The notes beneath the pieces are model-generated. The model ran no database searches. It saw only the letters and a list, made by a program, of their open reading frames with translations, and had not been told where the DNA came from. A stretch of 64,000 nucleotides of DNA from the NCBI GenBank assembly GCA_951406725.2, contig OX597826.1, forward strand, positions 19,840,001-19,904,000. Direction: 5' to 3'. Positions 27,300 through 39,900 of this stretch are shown piece by piece. How positions within the stretch are numbered: position 1 is the first letter of the stretch; each line of letters starts with the position of its first letter. The position numbers and the translations under genes are program-made. The stretch is from Octopus vulgaris. Lineage: Eukaryota.

Positions 27300-28860
27300 A
27301 CGAAAAAACAAAAGACGAAGACGGGTGATGTAGAAAAACAGATGTATTAGTATAACGCTCGGGAATAGAAAAAGTCTTTTACGTTTCGATCCTACGCTCT
27401 TCCACAGAAAGGAACGCAGAGAGAAACAAGGAGAGAAAAAAATGTGTGTAGTGGCTACCGATCTATCATGGTGACTGCCGGACAGAAGGGTCGCACAGGA
27501 GAGCGAAGAAATAGGGGAGATAACAAAGTAATAGTGATCCCAAAACGAAGGGGTGCATGTGTGTTACAGAGTACGTATGTGCGTGTGAAAGAGGGCTGGT
27601 GGTCTTGACGTGTGCGTGTGTGTATGTATAGGTGTGAAAATGTGGGGATGGGCATTGGTCAGTGCTGGGGTGTGGGTGGTGGTGTGTTGTGATGTGACGT
27701 GTTGTGATGTGATGTATTGTGTGGTATGGTGTAGTGTGGTGTGGTGTGATGTTGTTGGGAGGTGGGGAGGCGAGAATGGCGAAAGCACGGGTGGGCTGTG
27801 GGTTAGGCTGAGTGTTGGGGTAGGGTTGGGGTATGTGGGTAGACAGAGGGTGGGGGTAGAGGTTGGGTATGTGGGAGAGGGTGTAAGGGATGGTATGGGG
27901 TGGAATGGGAAGGATAGGGAAGGTGGGTATGAGAGAAGAGAGAAAGAGAGTAAAGGAGAAAGAGAGTAAGAGAGAAGAGAGAAAGAGAGTAAGGGAGAAG
28001 TGAGAAAGAGAGTAGGGTGAAAAGGAGTAGTAGTGAAGAGAAGTAGGAGGCGGAACAAGAGAGGAGAGGTGGGTGGGAGGAAGTAGGAGGGAAATGGAGA
28101 GAGGCAAGGGGAGGAGGTTAAATGAAGAAGGGAGGAGAGTTGAGCCCATGTGGCACAAAGGATCGAAGAGAGAAGATTATTCCATGTTCACGGCGCAAAC
28201 GGGAGTCCAGAGGGAAACTGTGCAAGGATAATCCGAACACGGACAGGTGTTGCAAAGAGTGACCGGTAGAGCGGAAATACCGTGAGCCCGGGGTGTCATT
28301 GCCGAGGCGGATGTCTTGGAGGTGTTCCGCGAACAGGTCAGCCAAGCGGCGTCCCGTTTGTCCGATGTACAGAGAATGGCAGAGAAAGCAGGAGATGCAA
28401 TAGATGATATTGGTTGAAGTGCAGGTGAAGGAGTCGGTGATGGGTGCCGGATAGGAGGGTGGTGTTGGAGATGTAAGGGCAAGTGCGGCAGCTTGGGCGG
28501 GAGCAGGGGAACGAGCCAGGTTGGGGGTTGGGTTGGGGAAGAAGCTGTGAACCAAGAGGTCTTGTAGGTTGTGGGCTCGTTTGAAGGAGAGGAGGGGTCG
28601 GTTAGGGAAGACGTGTGAAGTGGACGGGTCGGACTGGAGGTGCCGGAAAGCTCGGAGAATGGTGCATTGAAGAGGTAGGGTGGTGGGGTGGTAGGTGAGG
28701 GGAAAAGGGAGGCGGGAGACTGCAGGGCGGGTTCATGGGGAGAGAGTAGATGCACGGTTCATGGAACGTGCTCTGGCAAGGACTAGAAGGCCTAAAGCGT
28801 GGCTGGTAACACTAAGTGCTATGGACAGATTATAGCTAAACTCTTGGTTCGATAGTGATA
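27300..28860 (-). mobile_element. Penelope-like element (Neptune-type) 3' fragment: GIY-YIG endonuclease, 3' UTR and hammerhead-like motif
   Basis: FTCTSTNIIYCISCFLCHSLYIGQTGRRLADLFAEHL...RREHGIIFSLRSFVPHGLN (ORF 28118-28555). Confidence 0.9.
27376..27411 (-). ncRNA. Minimal type I hammerhead-like motif, variant core
   Basis: CTTT-CTGTGGA-A-GAGC GTAG GATC-GAAA-CG-TA-AAAG. Confidence 0.55.
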
Positions 28861-28894
28861 CGAGTGTGGGGTCTAATGTGGGTCTTCTATTAGC

Positions 28895-28930
<36 letters not shown>

Positions 28931-29000
28931 TAAAATGAAATAACATAGCCAAGGCTGCGAGGAGTTTTCAGGTCATTTATAAGGAAAAATATATAGATAT

Positions 29001-29050
29001 AGACTCACAGCTGTTTCTATGATATTATGAATATCCCTTCATCAGAGACG
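29001..29050 (-). ncRNA. Degenerate PLE-type hammerhead
   Basis: CTGATGA-AG-GGATATT CAT AATATCA-TA-GAAA-CAGCTG-TG; palindromic stem III, but cleavage triplet and stem I are mutated. Confidence 0.55.
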
Positions 29051-29642
29051 ATGGGAGATGGTTAAACACAGGTAGATATTTAAGTTCAAAATAAGGAATT
29101 ATTATGGAAAAGGAGGAGATAAGGAATACAGAGAGAAATACAAGAATGAAAGTATCAAGCTATTCGAGGAAAGTGGTGTATAGAAGTGGTAAAAAGGTTT
29201 CCTGTACATAGTATGTAAGTTCCAGTAGTAGTTCATGGTTAGTCATTTCAAAGTATGGAGCTGTGGATTCTTTGTTGCTCATTTGAAGGGGTTTTGTGGT
29301 GTGAATGAACATTTGAGAATATATTGGTAGTATTTGTGGATAGATGGTGGGGAGATGTGTATGATACCTTTAAATGTTACCACAAATCTAAATGCAACCT
29401 AAATAACCACACAGCATATATCCACAACACCCCTTAGGTAATCTACAACAACCCTACTTAACTTTCCTTTATCTCCATTCTAATTTTTAATCTTTAGTTT
29501 TTTAGCTCCCCCATCTTACTTTAAGGATCTCAGTCATTTAATACTACATATATGGACATGCAGGCGGATACATGTGTGTGTGTAAATGTGTGTACATGTA
29601 TATTTATGTATGTATGAATATGTAAGCGGATATATGTATATG

Positions 29643-29717
<75 letters not shown>

Positions 29718-29756
29718 CAATTATTTGTGAAGGAAATCTAATTCTCGGCGACAACT

Positions 29757-29820
29757 ATGATTGTCATACGCTGACGAGAGGTTTAATACCTCGAAACTCG
29801 AGTCCGTGTGTATCATAAGT
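29757..29820 (+). ncRNA. Type I hammerhead ribozyme, intact core
   Basis: CATACG-CTGACGA-GAGGT TTAAT ACCTC-GAAA-CTCGAG-TC^CGTGTG; predicted cleavage after 29804. Confidence 0.88.
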
Positions 29821-30018
29821 TGAAGACGGGAAGGATGACTTCCCTTTGCAAATACTGACAGGACACAGAAAGTGTGTCTATGGCCAGCTGGAGGAGTGTG
29901 TCCTCCTGGGGCTAAAAACTACAGTAGCATCCACCCTTAGGGGTTAGCCATATTGAAATGGCAAAAATACATCACGTTGTGTTACCGCTACTGTATATAA
30001 CTCACATTGATATTTATC

Positions 30019-30053
<35 letters not shown>

Positions 30054-30182
30054 TTTATAGAAGGAGCTTCTACAGAAACAGTTCTAGTCCTGTAGAAGCT
30101 CCTTCTATAAAATAAATTAATTTACTCTGCTATGTATTGAGTACCTAATTTACTGTGGTTAACCCCGACTCAACCCGGGACC

Positions 30183-30219
<37 letters not shown>

Positions 30220-30731
30220 ATACTAAGTAATTAAGGGTTTAGCAACGATTTGCCTCACCACACACCGAATTTAGAAATAGCAGTCAAATAGTTATGGCTA
30301 TTCTTTCTACTTAAAAGAGAGATCTCAGTAAAACCACAGCACTTAAAAGGCAAACAACTATTTGACTGCTATTTCTAAATTCGGTGTGTGGTGAGGCAAA
30401 TCGTTGCTAAACCCTTAATTACTTAGTATTACTTAAACCTTCCTCGAATGGGGCTTTTACATGCTGAAATCTACTTGGTGAAATTAATGATTACTCCAAA
30501 TTAATTGATTTCACCCTATATTATTATTGATATATATGTCTATGTGTGTGTGGCTGTGTGTATGTGTATATGTATGCGCACGCATATGCGTATATGAATA
30601 CATTTACGGATGCGCGTGAGCTTACATGTATATATATATATATATATATGTAGGTCCCGGGTTGAGTCGGGGTTAACCACAGTAAATAAGGTACTCAATA
30701 CATCGCAGAGTAAATTAATTTATTATATAGG

Positions 30732-30782
30732 AGCTTCTACAGGACTAGAACTGTTTCATTCAAAAGAAATCATCAGGAAGCT
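30732..30782 (-). ncRNA. Type I hammerhead ribozyme, intact core with weak stem II
   Basis: AGCTTC-CTGATGA-T TTC TTTT GAA T-GAAA-CAG TTCTAGTC CTG-TA^GAAGCT. Confidence 0.78.
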
Positions 30783-30989
30783 AGTAGACAAGAGTTGTTT
30801 TGGCATTTATACATTTAGGCAGGTTTAAAAGGGTGGTGGTGGGGGGCTTTTTGGGGGGTAGGCATGGCGCAAAACTGTCATTATTAGGGGAGTGGTCAAA
30901 GGAATCGGTGGTAAAGTAGATAAAAGAGTAAATAAAAGAATAAAAGAATAAATAGAAAAATAGAGTTTTAGGTAAGTAAGGAGACTCTC

Positions 30990-31000
30990 ACTTGTACATC

Positions 31001-31059
<59 letters not shown>

Positions 31060-32157
31060 CCACATATTCACATACATCTATATATATACATACATACCCA
31101 CATATACATACATATATATACACATACATACATATACATATATATATACATACATATACATATACATACACATACCCATGTACACACACACAAATACACA
31201 TATACATACATATATATACACACATGTATAAACACTCGCACATATATATACATACACACATATACACATGCATATACATGCACACACATACACACACATT
31301 TTTATTCCCTTATTTTAATTTTATTATTACTACTTTTGTTTATATCTTAATTTTTATCTTGATCGCGGTCAGCCGGTCTCAAGGGATGATCTAAAGAGTC
31401 CATTTATCTATCTACTCACTGATACGAACGCAAACACTCACTCACACCCACACACTCACACGTACATTCATACCCATACACACACGCACGTGTACTATTC
31501 ATACACACATACATCTACATACATTCACGTATATTCACATACGTACACGTACCTACTGATTCATATCTACACGCATACGCATACATACCTCAATACACCC
31601 ACAGAAGACTAGTCCATACATATACACTAATAAATATATATACACATATACACATACACATACATACACATACATACATATACATACACATATACATATA
31701 TATATACATATATATACATATACATATACATACACATATACATTCATACATATATACACATACACACATATATATATATATATATATGCGTACACATACA
31801 AACACACACACACGCGCATCTATATATACACATAAGTACATACATGCATAAATGTATACATATGTCTATACATATGCATACACATCCACACACACACGCG
31901 CCTCCTTATGTTCATAAATACATACATGCATACAGGCATATACATATATACATACATGCACACTCAAATAATAATAATAAATATATATACGTGCAGTTAC
32001 CCATTATACAGACGGATACATACATCTAAACCTACCCATATATACCTATTTACACATATGTATATATACATACATACATACACACATAACTCTACATACC
32101 TACATATACATAAACACACAAGCGTACACATATGTATACATATATACATATACACAT

Positions 32158-32210
<53 letters not shown>

Positions 32211-32760
32211 TATACATACATACATATATACACATACATACACACACATATATATACATTTACACGCACATTTTTACACATATATATACACATACACATA
32301 TACATATATATATATACATACATATACACACAAGCACATACATGCATAAATGTATACATATGTTTATACAAATGCATACACATATACACACTCACGCGCC
32401 TCCTTATATACATAAATACATACATGCATACAAACGCATACTCATGTAATAAATAATGAATAATAAATAATAGATATATATACACATACAGTTACCCTTT
32501 ATACAGACGGAAACATTCATATACACATACACGTATATACCTAATTACACATATGTATATATACATACATACATGCACATACACATAACTCTACATACTT
32601 ACATATACATATACTTACATATATATATATATATATATAAATATGTATGTACATGTATATATATATATATGTGTGTGCGTGTGTGTTTGTGTGTGTATGT
32701 ATGTATGTATGCATATGTACACATGTATACGTACATGTGCGCGAGTATACGTATGTCATT
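30990..32760. repeat. Degenerate (CA/TA)n low-complexity array with internal duplications
   Basis: Directly visible; CACGCGCCTCCTTAT and CAGTTACCC..ATACAGACGG recur. Confidence 0.9.
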
Positions 32761-33581
32761 ATACTTTCCTTCCTCCTCTCTGATTCCTGTCTTCACACTA
32801 ACAATCACATACGTCTATTTATAAAAATTTGACACCCTTGTATTCTTCCCTCCAATTTTACTACTAAAACTACTACTCATTTTGGTATCACCCCACCCAT
32901 ACCTTTTCTCTACCCATCCCTTAATGCAGCCCTATCATATCACCCCTACTCACATATCTCACACTTATTCAGTCCTTACCTTCTCATCTCTTCCTATCCC
33001 TCTCCCATTCCTCTCCCATCCTCCCTTTACATTATCTTGACCACCAACTCCTTTTCTCGCTTCTTTCTCCCTTTCTTCACTTTTTTCACACTTTACACTT
33101 CTTTCTCTTTCTTCTTTTTTCTCTTTTTTCTCTCTTTCTTCCTCTCATATTCTCTTCTTGTTCTCATTTCCACGAACACACACACACACACACATATCTG
33201 CACAGACATACTCTTTTACTCTTTTACTTGTTTCAGTCATTTGACTGTGGCCATGCTGGAGCACTGCCTTTAGTCGAGCAAATCGACCCCAGGACTTAAT
33301 CTTTGTAAGCTTAGTACTTATTTTATCGGTCTCTTTTGCCGAACAGCTAAGTTACTGGGACATAAACAAACCACATAATTTACATTTATTAATTGTGCGT
33401 ATTAATACATACCCTACAGTCTGAGTTTGCATGCTAGGTTCCTCAGCTTTCGCAGCAAATTGCATTGAAAACTCAATTGCGATAAGTTTTGTTTCTGTGT
33501 ACACATTCATACGCAACTAATTGATAAATTGCACAAGGCATATCATTAAATTTAATGTTAAGATACCATATATAAAGAGTG

Positions 33582-33653
<72 letters not shown>

Positions 33654-33811
33654 TATACTACTACTAAACACGTTTGCTTAGCTAATAGATTAATAAATAA
33701 TCATAAACTGAAACTTTAACATCATACCGTGATAAATTATTTCTGCAATCAGTTCATGTTAATTTTATTATCATTTCATCAGTTATATGTAAGTAATATT
33801 TACTTACATTA

Positions 33812-34006
33812 AGGCGGCGAGTTGACAGAATCGTTAGCACGCTAGGCAAAATTTCGTCCGTCTTTCTGCTCTGAGCTCAAATTCCGCCGAAGGCGACTTT
33901 GCCTTTCATCCGTTCGGGGTCGATAAAATAAGTACCTGCTTTGCACTGGAGTCGATGTAATCGACTTACTTCCGAAATTGCTGGCCTTATGCCAAAATTT
34001 GAAATC
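33812..34006 (+). mobile_element. tRNA-derived SINE (family A)
   Basis: AGGCGGCGAGTTGACAGAATCGTTAGCACG head; body and tail as in other copies. Confidence 0.85.
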
Positions 34007-34009
34007 TAT

Positions 34010-35497
34010 AGGAAGGAGTTCCAACCATGTTTCGTGGTTCGCTAAACTCAACAACCCCTTTATAGGACCCAGTGGCTAAGGACATCAACAGGAGGAACCA
34101 CGTCTGGTTTCGGCCCCTAGTCGTCTACCGTTTTCCGAGGTGGCGCCCCCCCCCACTTTTGGAGGTGTCTTCAGCTCTGGCATTGAGGACTTTTTTTTTG
34201 TTCTTTGGTTGCGTCGTCTTCCATACAGTGTCAACAAATGTCAGCGGGCGAATGACCACCCTGCCAAATTTCCCTTTAAATAATAGCCGGTAAGTTCTAG
34301 CAGCCAGCGCCAGCTGTCACGTGACGCAATCTAAGCTTCAACAGCCCGCGTCGATCGACTGTCATGTGACACAGTCTACTGACCAATGGAGAGGAAGAGT
34401 ACGTAGTTTTAGCCCACGCCCTCTCTAGACCTACCTTTTTCCTTTCAATGAAGTCTCAAACCCCCAATGCTAGGTGGTAATACTCGACAGTCCACCCCTG
34501 TTCCCCGCACTCTTCGATTAATTTCTCATACCTTCTCTCCTTCCGTTGCTTCGCATTAGCGATGTTCTCGTCCCACAGCTCTATCAGTTCTAGCAAAATT
34601 CAAATTTCTCAGTCTGTATTCCATAGGAATGTTGTTAGGTTGTTGTTATGAGTAGACATTAATAATCTTTCCAAATTCGCGGCCAGTACCTCCCAGTACC
34701 TCTTCCATCTTTCGTCTGTCTCGTATACTTTTTTGAAGGCCTGGTCTTATGTATTTTCCCCTCCTTCCGCATTTTTCCACTTTTAGGTACTCACCCCTAT
34801 TATATCCCTCGATCTTCTCCTTGAGTGTTGAGCATACGACACCGAGGACTTGGTTGTGACTCCATGTGTCTCTGTTTAGTGCTAGCCTGCAGTTTGACAG
34901 AACATGCCTTACCGTCACTTTATCTCTGCATCTACATTCATCAGTCGATTGTAGGTTCTACCGGACTAAATTGGTCGGTGAAGGCAATATATCGAAGGTG
35001 GACTTGACCAGGAAGGATGTTCTTTCTTGTTCCCAAGTCCAAAGTTCCTCCCATCTCAAGCACTGTCCCTCTTGACTACATTACATCAAATGTACATTTC
35101 GCCTTTCTTTTTCCTCCTTCCTCACTTCGTGTATCTCTGCCTCTTTCAATTCTTTTACACTATTCATGCACAATGGTTTGAAATTTTGCAGCCCTAGACA
35201 AGCTCTTGTTTTTTGCATCGCTCCGACTATATCGTCATGTCTTAGCTTTCCGATTGCCCTGTTTACTGCTTCTTCCGCTTTCTGTTCGTATCTCCGGAGG
35301 GCTTTCTCGGATGTTCTGATCTTTCGAATACCTTAGCATCATTACTTTCCTGCAAGATAGTCTTCGACGATTGATGCAATCGGTAGTTGCAGCACGGGTT
35401 TTCCATATAGTGCAGTTGTATTCAGCGGTTTTGGAAAACTAAGCCATTTTCTGATAAATACACTGCATCTTTGTTCTATCCTTTCTACTCTACTCGA
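34010..35497 (-). mobile_element. HERO-like RLE non-LTR retrotransposon, 5'-truncated
   Basis: TVRHVLSNCRLALNRDTWSHNQVL; homologous to 43680-45140 including the 3' UTR. Confidence 0.8.
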
Positions 35498-36524
35498 TTA
35501 TTTATAACTACATATTGTTTGGATTATCGTAAGTTGTACGTTTGCCACATATAATTACCTTCAATTTTTACATACTGAAATATCACAACCAACGAAAAGA
35601 CTCACTAAGGATTGACATTTTTTTTAAATGCCAGGAGCGAAATGCAAGCGTATAAGACCCTTAAGAAGGCACATTTGTGCAGACAAAAATAATGTATCTT
35701 TAATTTCACAAATTCATAAGTATGACAATTTATGTTAAATTATTGTTTTGGTCTAAAGGTTCAAATTGCTTCTTTATAAAGATGTTTTTTGGAACTTCAC
35801 CAATGGACAGTTCCAAATTTGAATGTGAACGAAGTTGTACCTTCAGATGAAGAGGTTCCCCACCCTTCATCAACGTCATCGTTGAACCTATTATAAATAA
35901 CTAAATCCTCTTCAAATTATACCATAACATCTAAACACACACACACACATACAGACACACACATTGGATAAATGTCGCTTTAGATTCACGATGCCCGAAG
36001 AGAAAAGTACAGTATTGTCACTACATACGAGATATATGCAATTCGAGAATACAAAGAGGTTGCAGTACTGAGTGAAACAACTTCATTTCACATTCACTTC
36101 ACCAGAATACCTTCGAATGGGTCTATTCCATCTATCTATCTATCTTCGTTTACCCTGGTCTCCAGTTTGAGAATACTTTCTCCTACCAGTTTCGGAAAAA
36201 CTTTAGAGTCATGGGTACTAATCTTTCATCGTAAGAGTTAAGAAATATCTGTCTTCTTTCCTCTATCTGATTAGCTAACGCCCTATATCTATCTGTCTAA
36301 ACATTTATCTATGTAACTCTATCGGCAGAGTATTAAAGCTTAAACCAACAAGGTAATTATTGACCGTTATATCATTTTGATATCAAATCATTTTCTTATA
36401 TCATTCTTTCACATTACTGTAAACCGCCTGTAAGTGTACTGCCACAATGAAAGATAAATTATCCAATTTGTGATTCGCTTTTAAAATGTCATGTATAAAC
36501 TGAAAAAAAATATGTATATTTCAG

Positions 36525-36670
36525 CAAATCCTTGAGTTGCTTATCAGGGGGACCGGTAGCAAATGAATATGCAGGTTGTGCATCTGCTAAAGCAGTACGG
36601 AAAGTGATGGAAGAGAAGAATTATCAAATAACCAATCCAAAAGGGACCTGGATATTGAACAAAGAATGCC
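36525..36670 (+). CDS. Internal exon (phase 2 to 1): KSLSCLSGGPVANEYAGCASAKAVRKVMEEKNYQITNPKGTWILNKEC
   Basis: tatatttcAG acceptor, GTAAGA donor, 146 nt with 48 open codons; ends Cys + 1 nt like the exons at 4359 and 57301. Confidence 0.75.
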
Positions 36671-36769
36671 GTAAGAATTTTTTCCTTATCTAAAATAATT
36701 ATTTCAAGATTTAGAATTTATTATTTGATAAAAAGCTTTTTAAAGTAGATAGTAAGGCCTTCTAGCAAA

Positions 36770-39700
36770 ACGGTCATGGCAATGTCTCTTTCAATGTAGT
36801 CTTCAATATGTTCTTGTAATGTCTTCTCTGTCCTCACTAATGGCATATCTTTTGTCTTCTTCCATGCTGTAGTTACTCATTTCTTGAATGATTTTCTGCA
36901 CTATCTTTTATATTGTTCATTCATTCTATTCTTCAATACTCCTTTCGTAATATTTTCTTCAATGTCTTCCATCTGAATTTTACTTTCCAGCCTCTTCATC
37001 ACAACGTCACTGTAATCGATGTATTCTTTAATCTATTCGTTAATGTTCATATTTTTGTGTTTTCGTCAGCACTTTCTTTAGTATCATCACCAAAGACTCC
37101 TTGAAGGTTTTCTTCTATCCCTTATCCAATGCCTCCTTTATTGCTTTTCATTGTCTTCGGTGTCTCTTTTGATATCTTCTCCTATGTCTCCAATGTCTTC
37201 TACAAGTTTCTTCGGTCTATTATTAACTGGCTTAACCGTTTCCTTCATTGTCTTATCCAACGCCATCTTCAATGACTCCGCTGTCTTCTATATCTTGTAC
37301 AATGTTTTACATTATTATCAAGTTCTACTTCACTGTCGTCAATCGTGTATTTTTAATGCTATTTTTATTGTTTTATCAATGTGTTTTTAATGTTATCCTC
37401 ACTGCGTTTCCAATGTCTTCTCTGCACTCTTTTTCTTATACTTTCTCATCATATTTATCTTCATCATTGCCAAATAGTCTTCGATGCCTTCTTTAATATC
37501 TTATGTCAGTTTAACATTAGATCCAAGACTTCTTCGATGTTTTGAACAATATCCTCTTCAATGTATACAGCAAAATTTTTTCAGTGTCCCTTTTTCAATC
37601 TCAGAATTATGGTCAATGTGCTTTTCAGTGGAATCTTCATTTTCTTCCTTGATGTTTTCACAATCTGCCTCAATGTCGTGTAACGTTTTCTTCAATGCCA
37701 TTTTCACCGTCTTCTTCATTGCCTTCGTCACTGCTTTTTTCATTGACTTATCTACTTAATTCACTGCCTTTTTCAATACCATTTTCAATACTTTGCTCAA
37801 TGTCTTCCTCAATATCTTTCCACAACCTTCTTGACTGCCTTGTTCAATGTTTCCAATGTTAGCTTTAGTATCATTTTTAAGGATATATTTTCAAATATTT
37901 TCGTTTTCGTGACAATATTTCTGTAATGCTTGCTTTAATCTCTTATCGTTCCCTCAATTACTTTTACAATATACTCCTCAGTTTTTCCTTCAATATTTTT
38001 TATAAGGCGGGCGAAATGCTTAGCGGTATTTCGTCAATAAATTTTCTATTGTCTCTCCTTGTATTTTTCTATATCTTTTCTAATGTTCCATTCATTATCT
38101 TCGTAAATACTTTTGTCTTTTAATGTCTACATTTTTCAAACAAAATTAAATAAATGACTTAACTCCCTGTAAATGGCAATTTCAGGAAATCGTATATAAC
38201 GTTCTGAGTTCAAATTCCGCTGAGATCGACTTTGCCTTTCATTAAGTACCAGTTGCGTATTAGGGTCGATCTAATCGACTGGCCCCCTCCCCTAAAATTT
38301 CGGGCCTTGTGAAGAAAAGAAAAGAACATTTTTTATGTAATCATGGAAGAAAATTTTAAATCCCTGAAAATCTTTCTCATTCTTTTCTACATCTTCCCCA
38401 AAGTATTATTAAGTATAATATTCAATGACCTCTCCGATTTTATTCTCGACTGTTCTTCTTCAAAGTCGTCTTCAATGTGTAGCATAGTTTCTTCTTCAAC
38501 AGTGTCTTCATTCTATTCTTAACTCTCTTCGTCACTGTTTTCTGCAATAGTTATTACAATGTCCTTGGCACCGTCTTTGTGGAACGAGTTTTCAATGTTT
38601 TGATCAATGTCCTTCCCCGTTATTTCCCAAATGACTTAATATCGTCCTCCATATTCTAATGTATTCTCTATTTTCTGTAATCTTCCGATGCCATATTCAA
38701 TTTCGTCGATGTATTCTTGGGTGTATTTCCACTCGTTAACAGATACCTTTGTCTGATACATTGTGTTGTATATATTTAGTTAACTCTCGCTACGTTTTAT
38801 CATCAACCACAATGTAAATACGTCTCGACAATCTCTGCAAGGGATAAAAACAGGGAGATCGTTCCCACCAGCTTTCGTCCTATTTGGGTCAACTTAGCAA
38901 GAACATGTCTCTGTCCACTACAAAATTTTACATCGAATCGCTAGAAACAAGTAATTCTCTAAACAGGAATATACGATTTCCTGAAATTGCCATTTACAGG
39001 GAGTTAAGTCATTTATTTAATTTTGTTTGAAAAATGTAGACATTAAAAGACAAAAGTATTTACGAAGATAATGAATGGAACATTAGAAAAGATATAGAAA
39101 AATACAAGGAGGAGACAATAGAAAATGTATTGAAAGTTCATTAAACAATAAATTAGCGAGAATTATGAAGAAGTCACTGAAAGCATTGAAGAAAAATGTG
39201 ATGATGACGTTAAAGTGAATTGAAGAGTATACTGAAGATATCGGATAAAATATTAAATATGAGAGTGAAGAAGATCGTAAATGAAACTGCAAAATTAGAT
39301 GTCAGATGTGTTCGCAGATTCTTCGTGGTAGTAAATGGAGATTGAATTATTAATGTAAATCAGTTGAATTTTCTTTGAATTTGAGAAGTCAGTGCTTCTG
39401 ATGCCTAAATGTACAATATCTCTGTGGACACAGACTGGTGTGTACGCAATTCCTGAAGTATTGTTCCAAATAGAATCGATATCTGTTAGAGAGTTCTTCA
39501 TCTTCTACACATGGGAAATTTTTTGGCAACAGTGGATTCAAATAGCACAGATTATACGTGGTTGTACATTAGCATGATTTATTTGGTTTATTCAATATAT
39601 TCTCCATTGTTTTCTTCAAAGGTTTTTTTCGATATCTTTTCCACTGCCTTTTACAATGTTTTCTTCTCTGCATTATTTAAAATTCTTTATTACCTCTTTC

Positions 39701-39900
39701 AATATCTTCTTTCATGATCTTTTTGAAATACCTTTTTCAGTTTCCCCTTGAACGTTTTCTTCCATATTCCTTTTATCTCATCTATTTCTCTTCCATTATT
39801 TCGTCAATATCATCTGCACTGAATCTTTGAAGGCATTCTTAAAAGTATTCATATAATTATACAATGTCGCTTATTAGCAATTTGTTCTACGCTTTCTTCT
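36770..39900. repeat. Old degenerate periodic sequence (about 12-bp TTCAATGTCTTC-like unit)
   Basis: Recurrent TTCAATGTC/TCTTC words; polarity flips at about 38970-39300. Confidence 0.55.
38005..38325 (+). mobile_element. Family A SINE interrupted by a 157-bp insertion
   Basis: GGGCGAAATGCTTAGCGGTATTTCGTC (to 38035) resumes as ACGTTCTGAGTTCAAATTCC at 38199. Confidence 0.8.

Noticed and set aside
36329-36352. 24-nt in-frame microexon (VLKLKPTS)
   Set aside because: Weak acceptor, and it would not supply the expected first cysteine.
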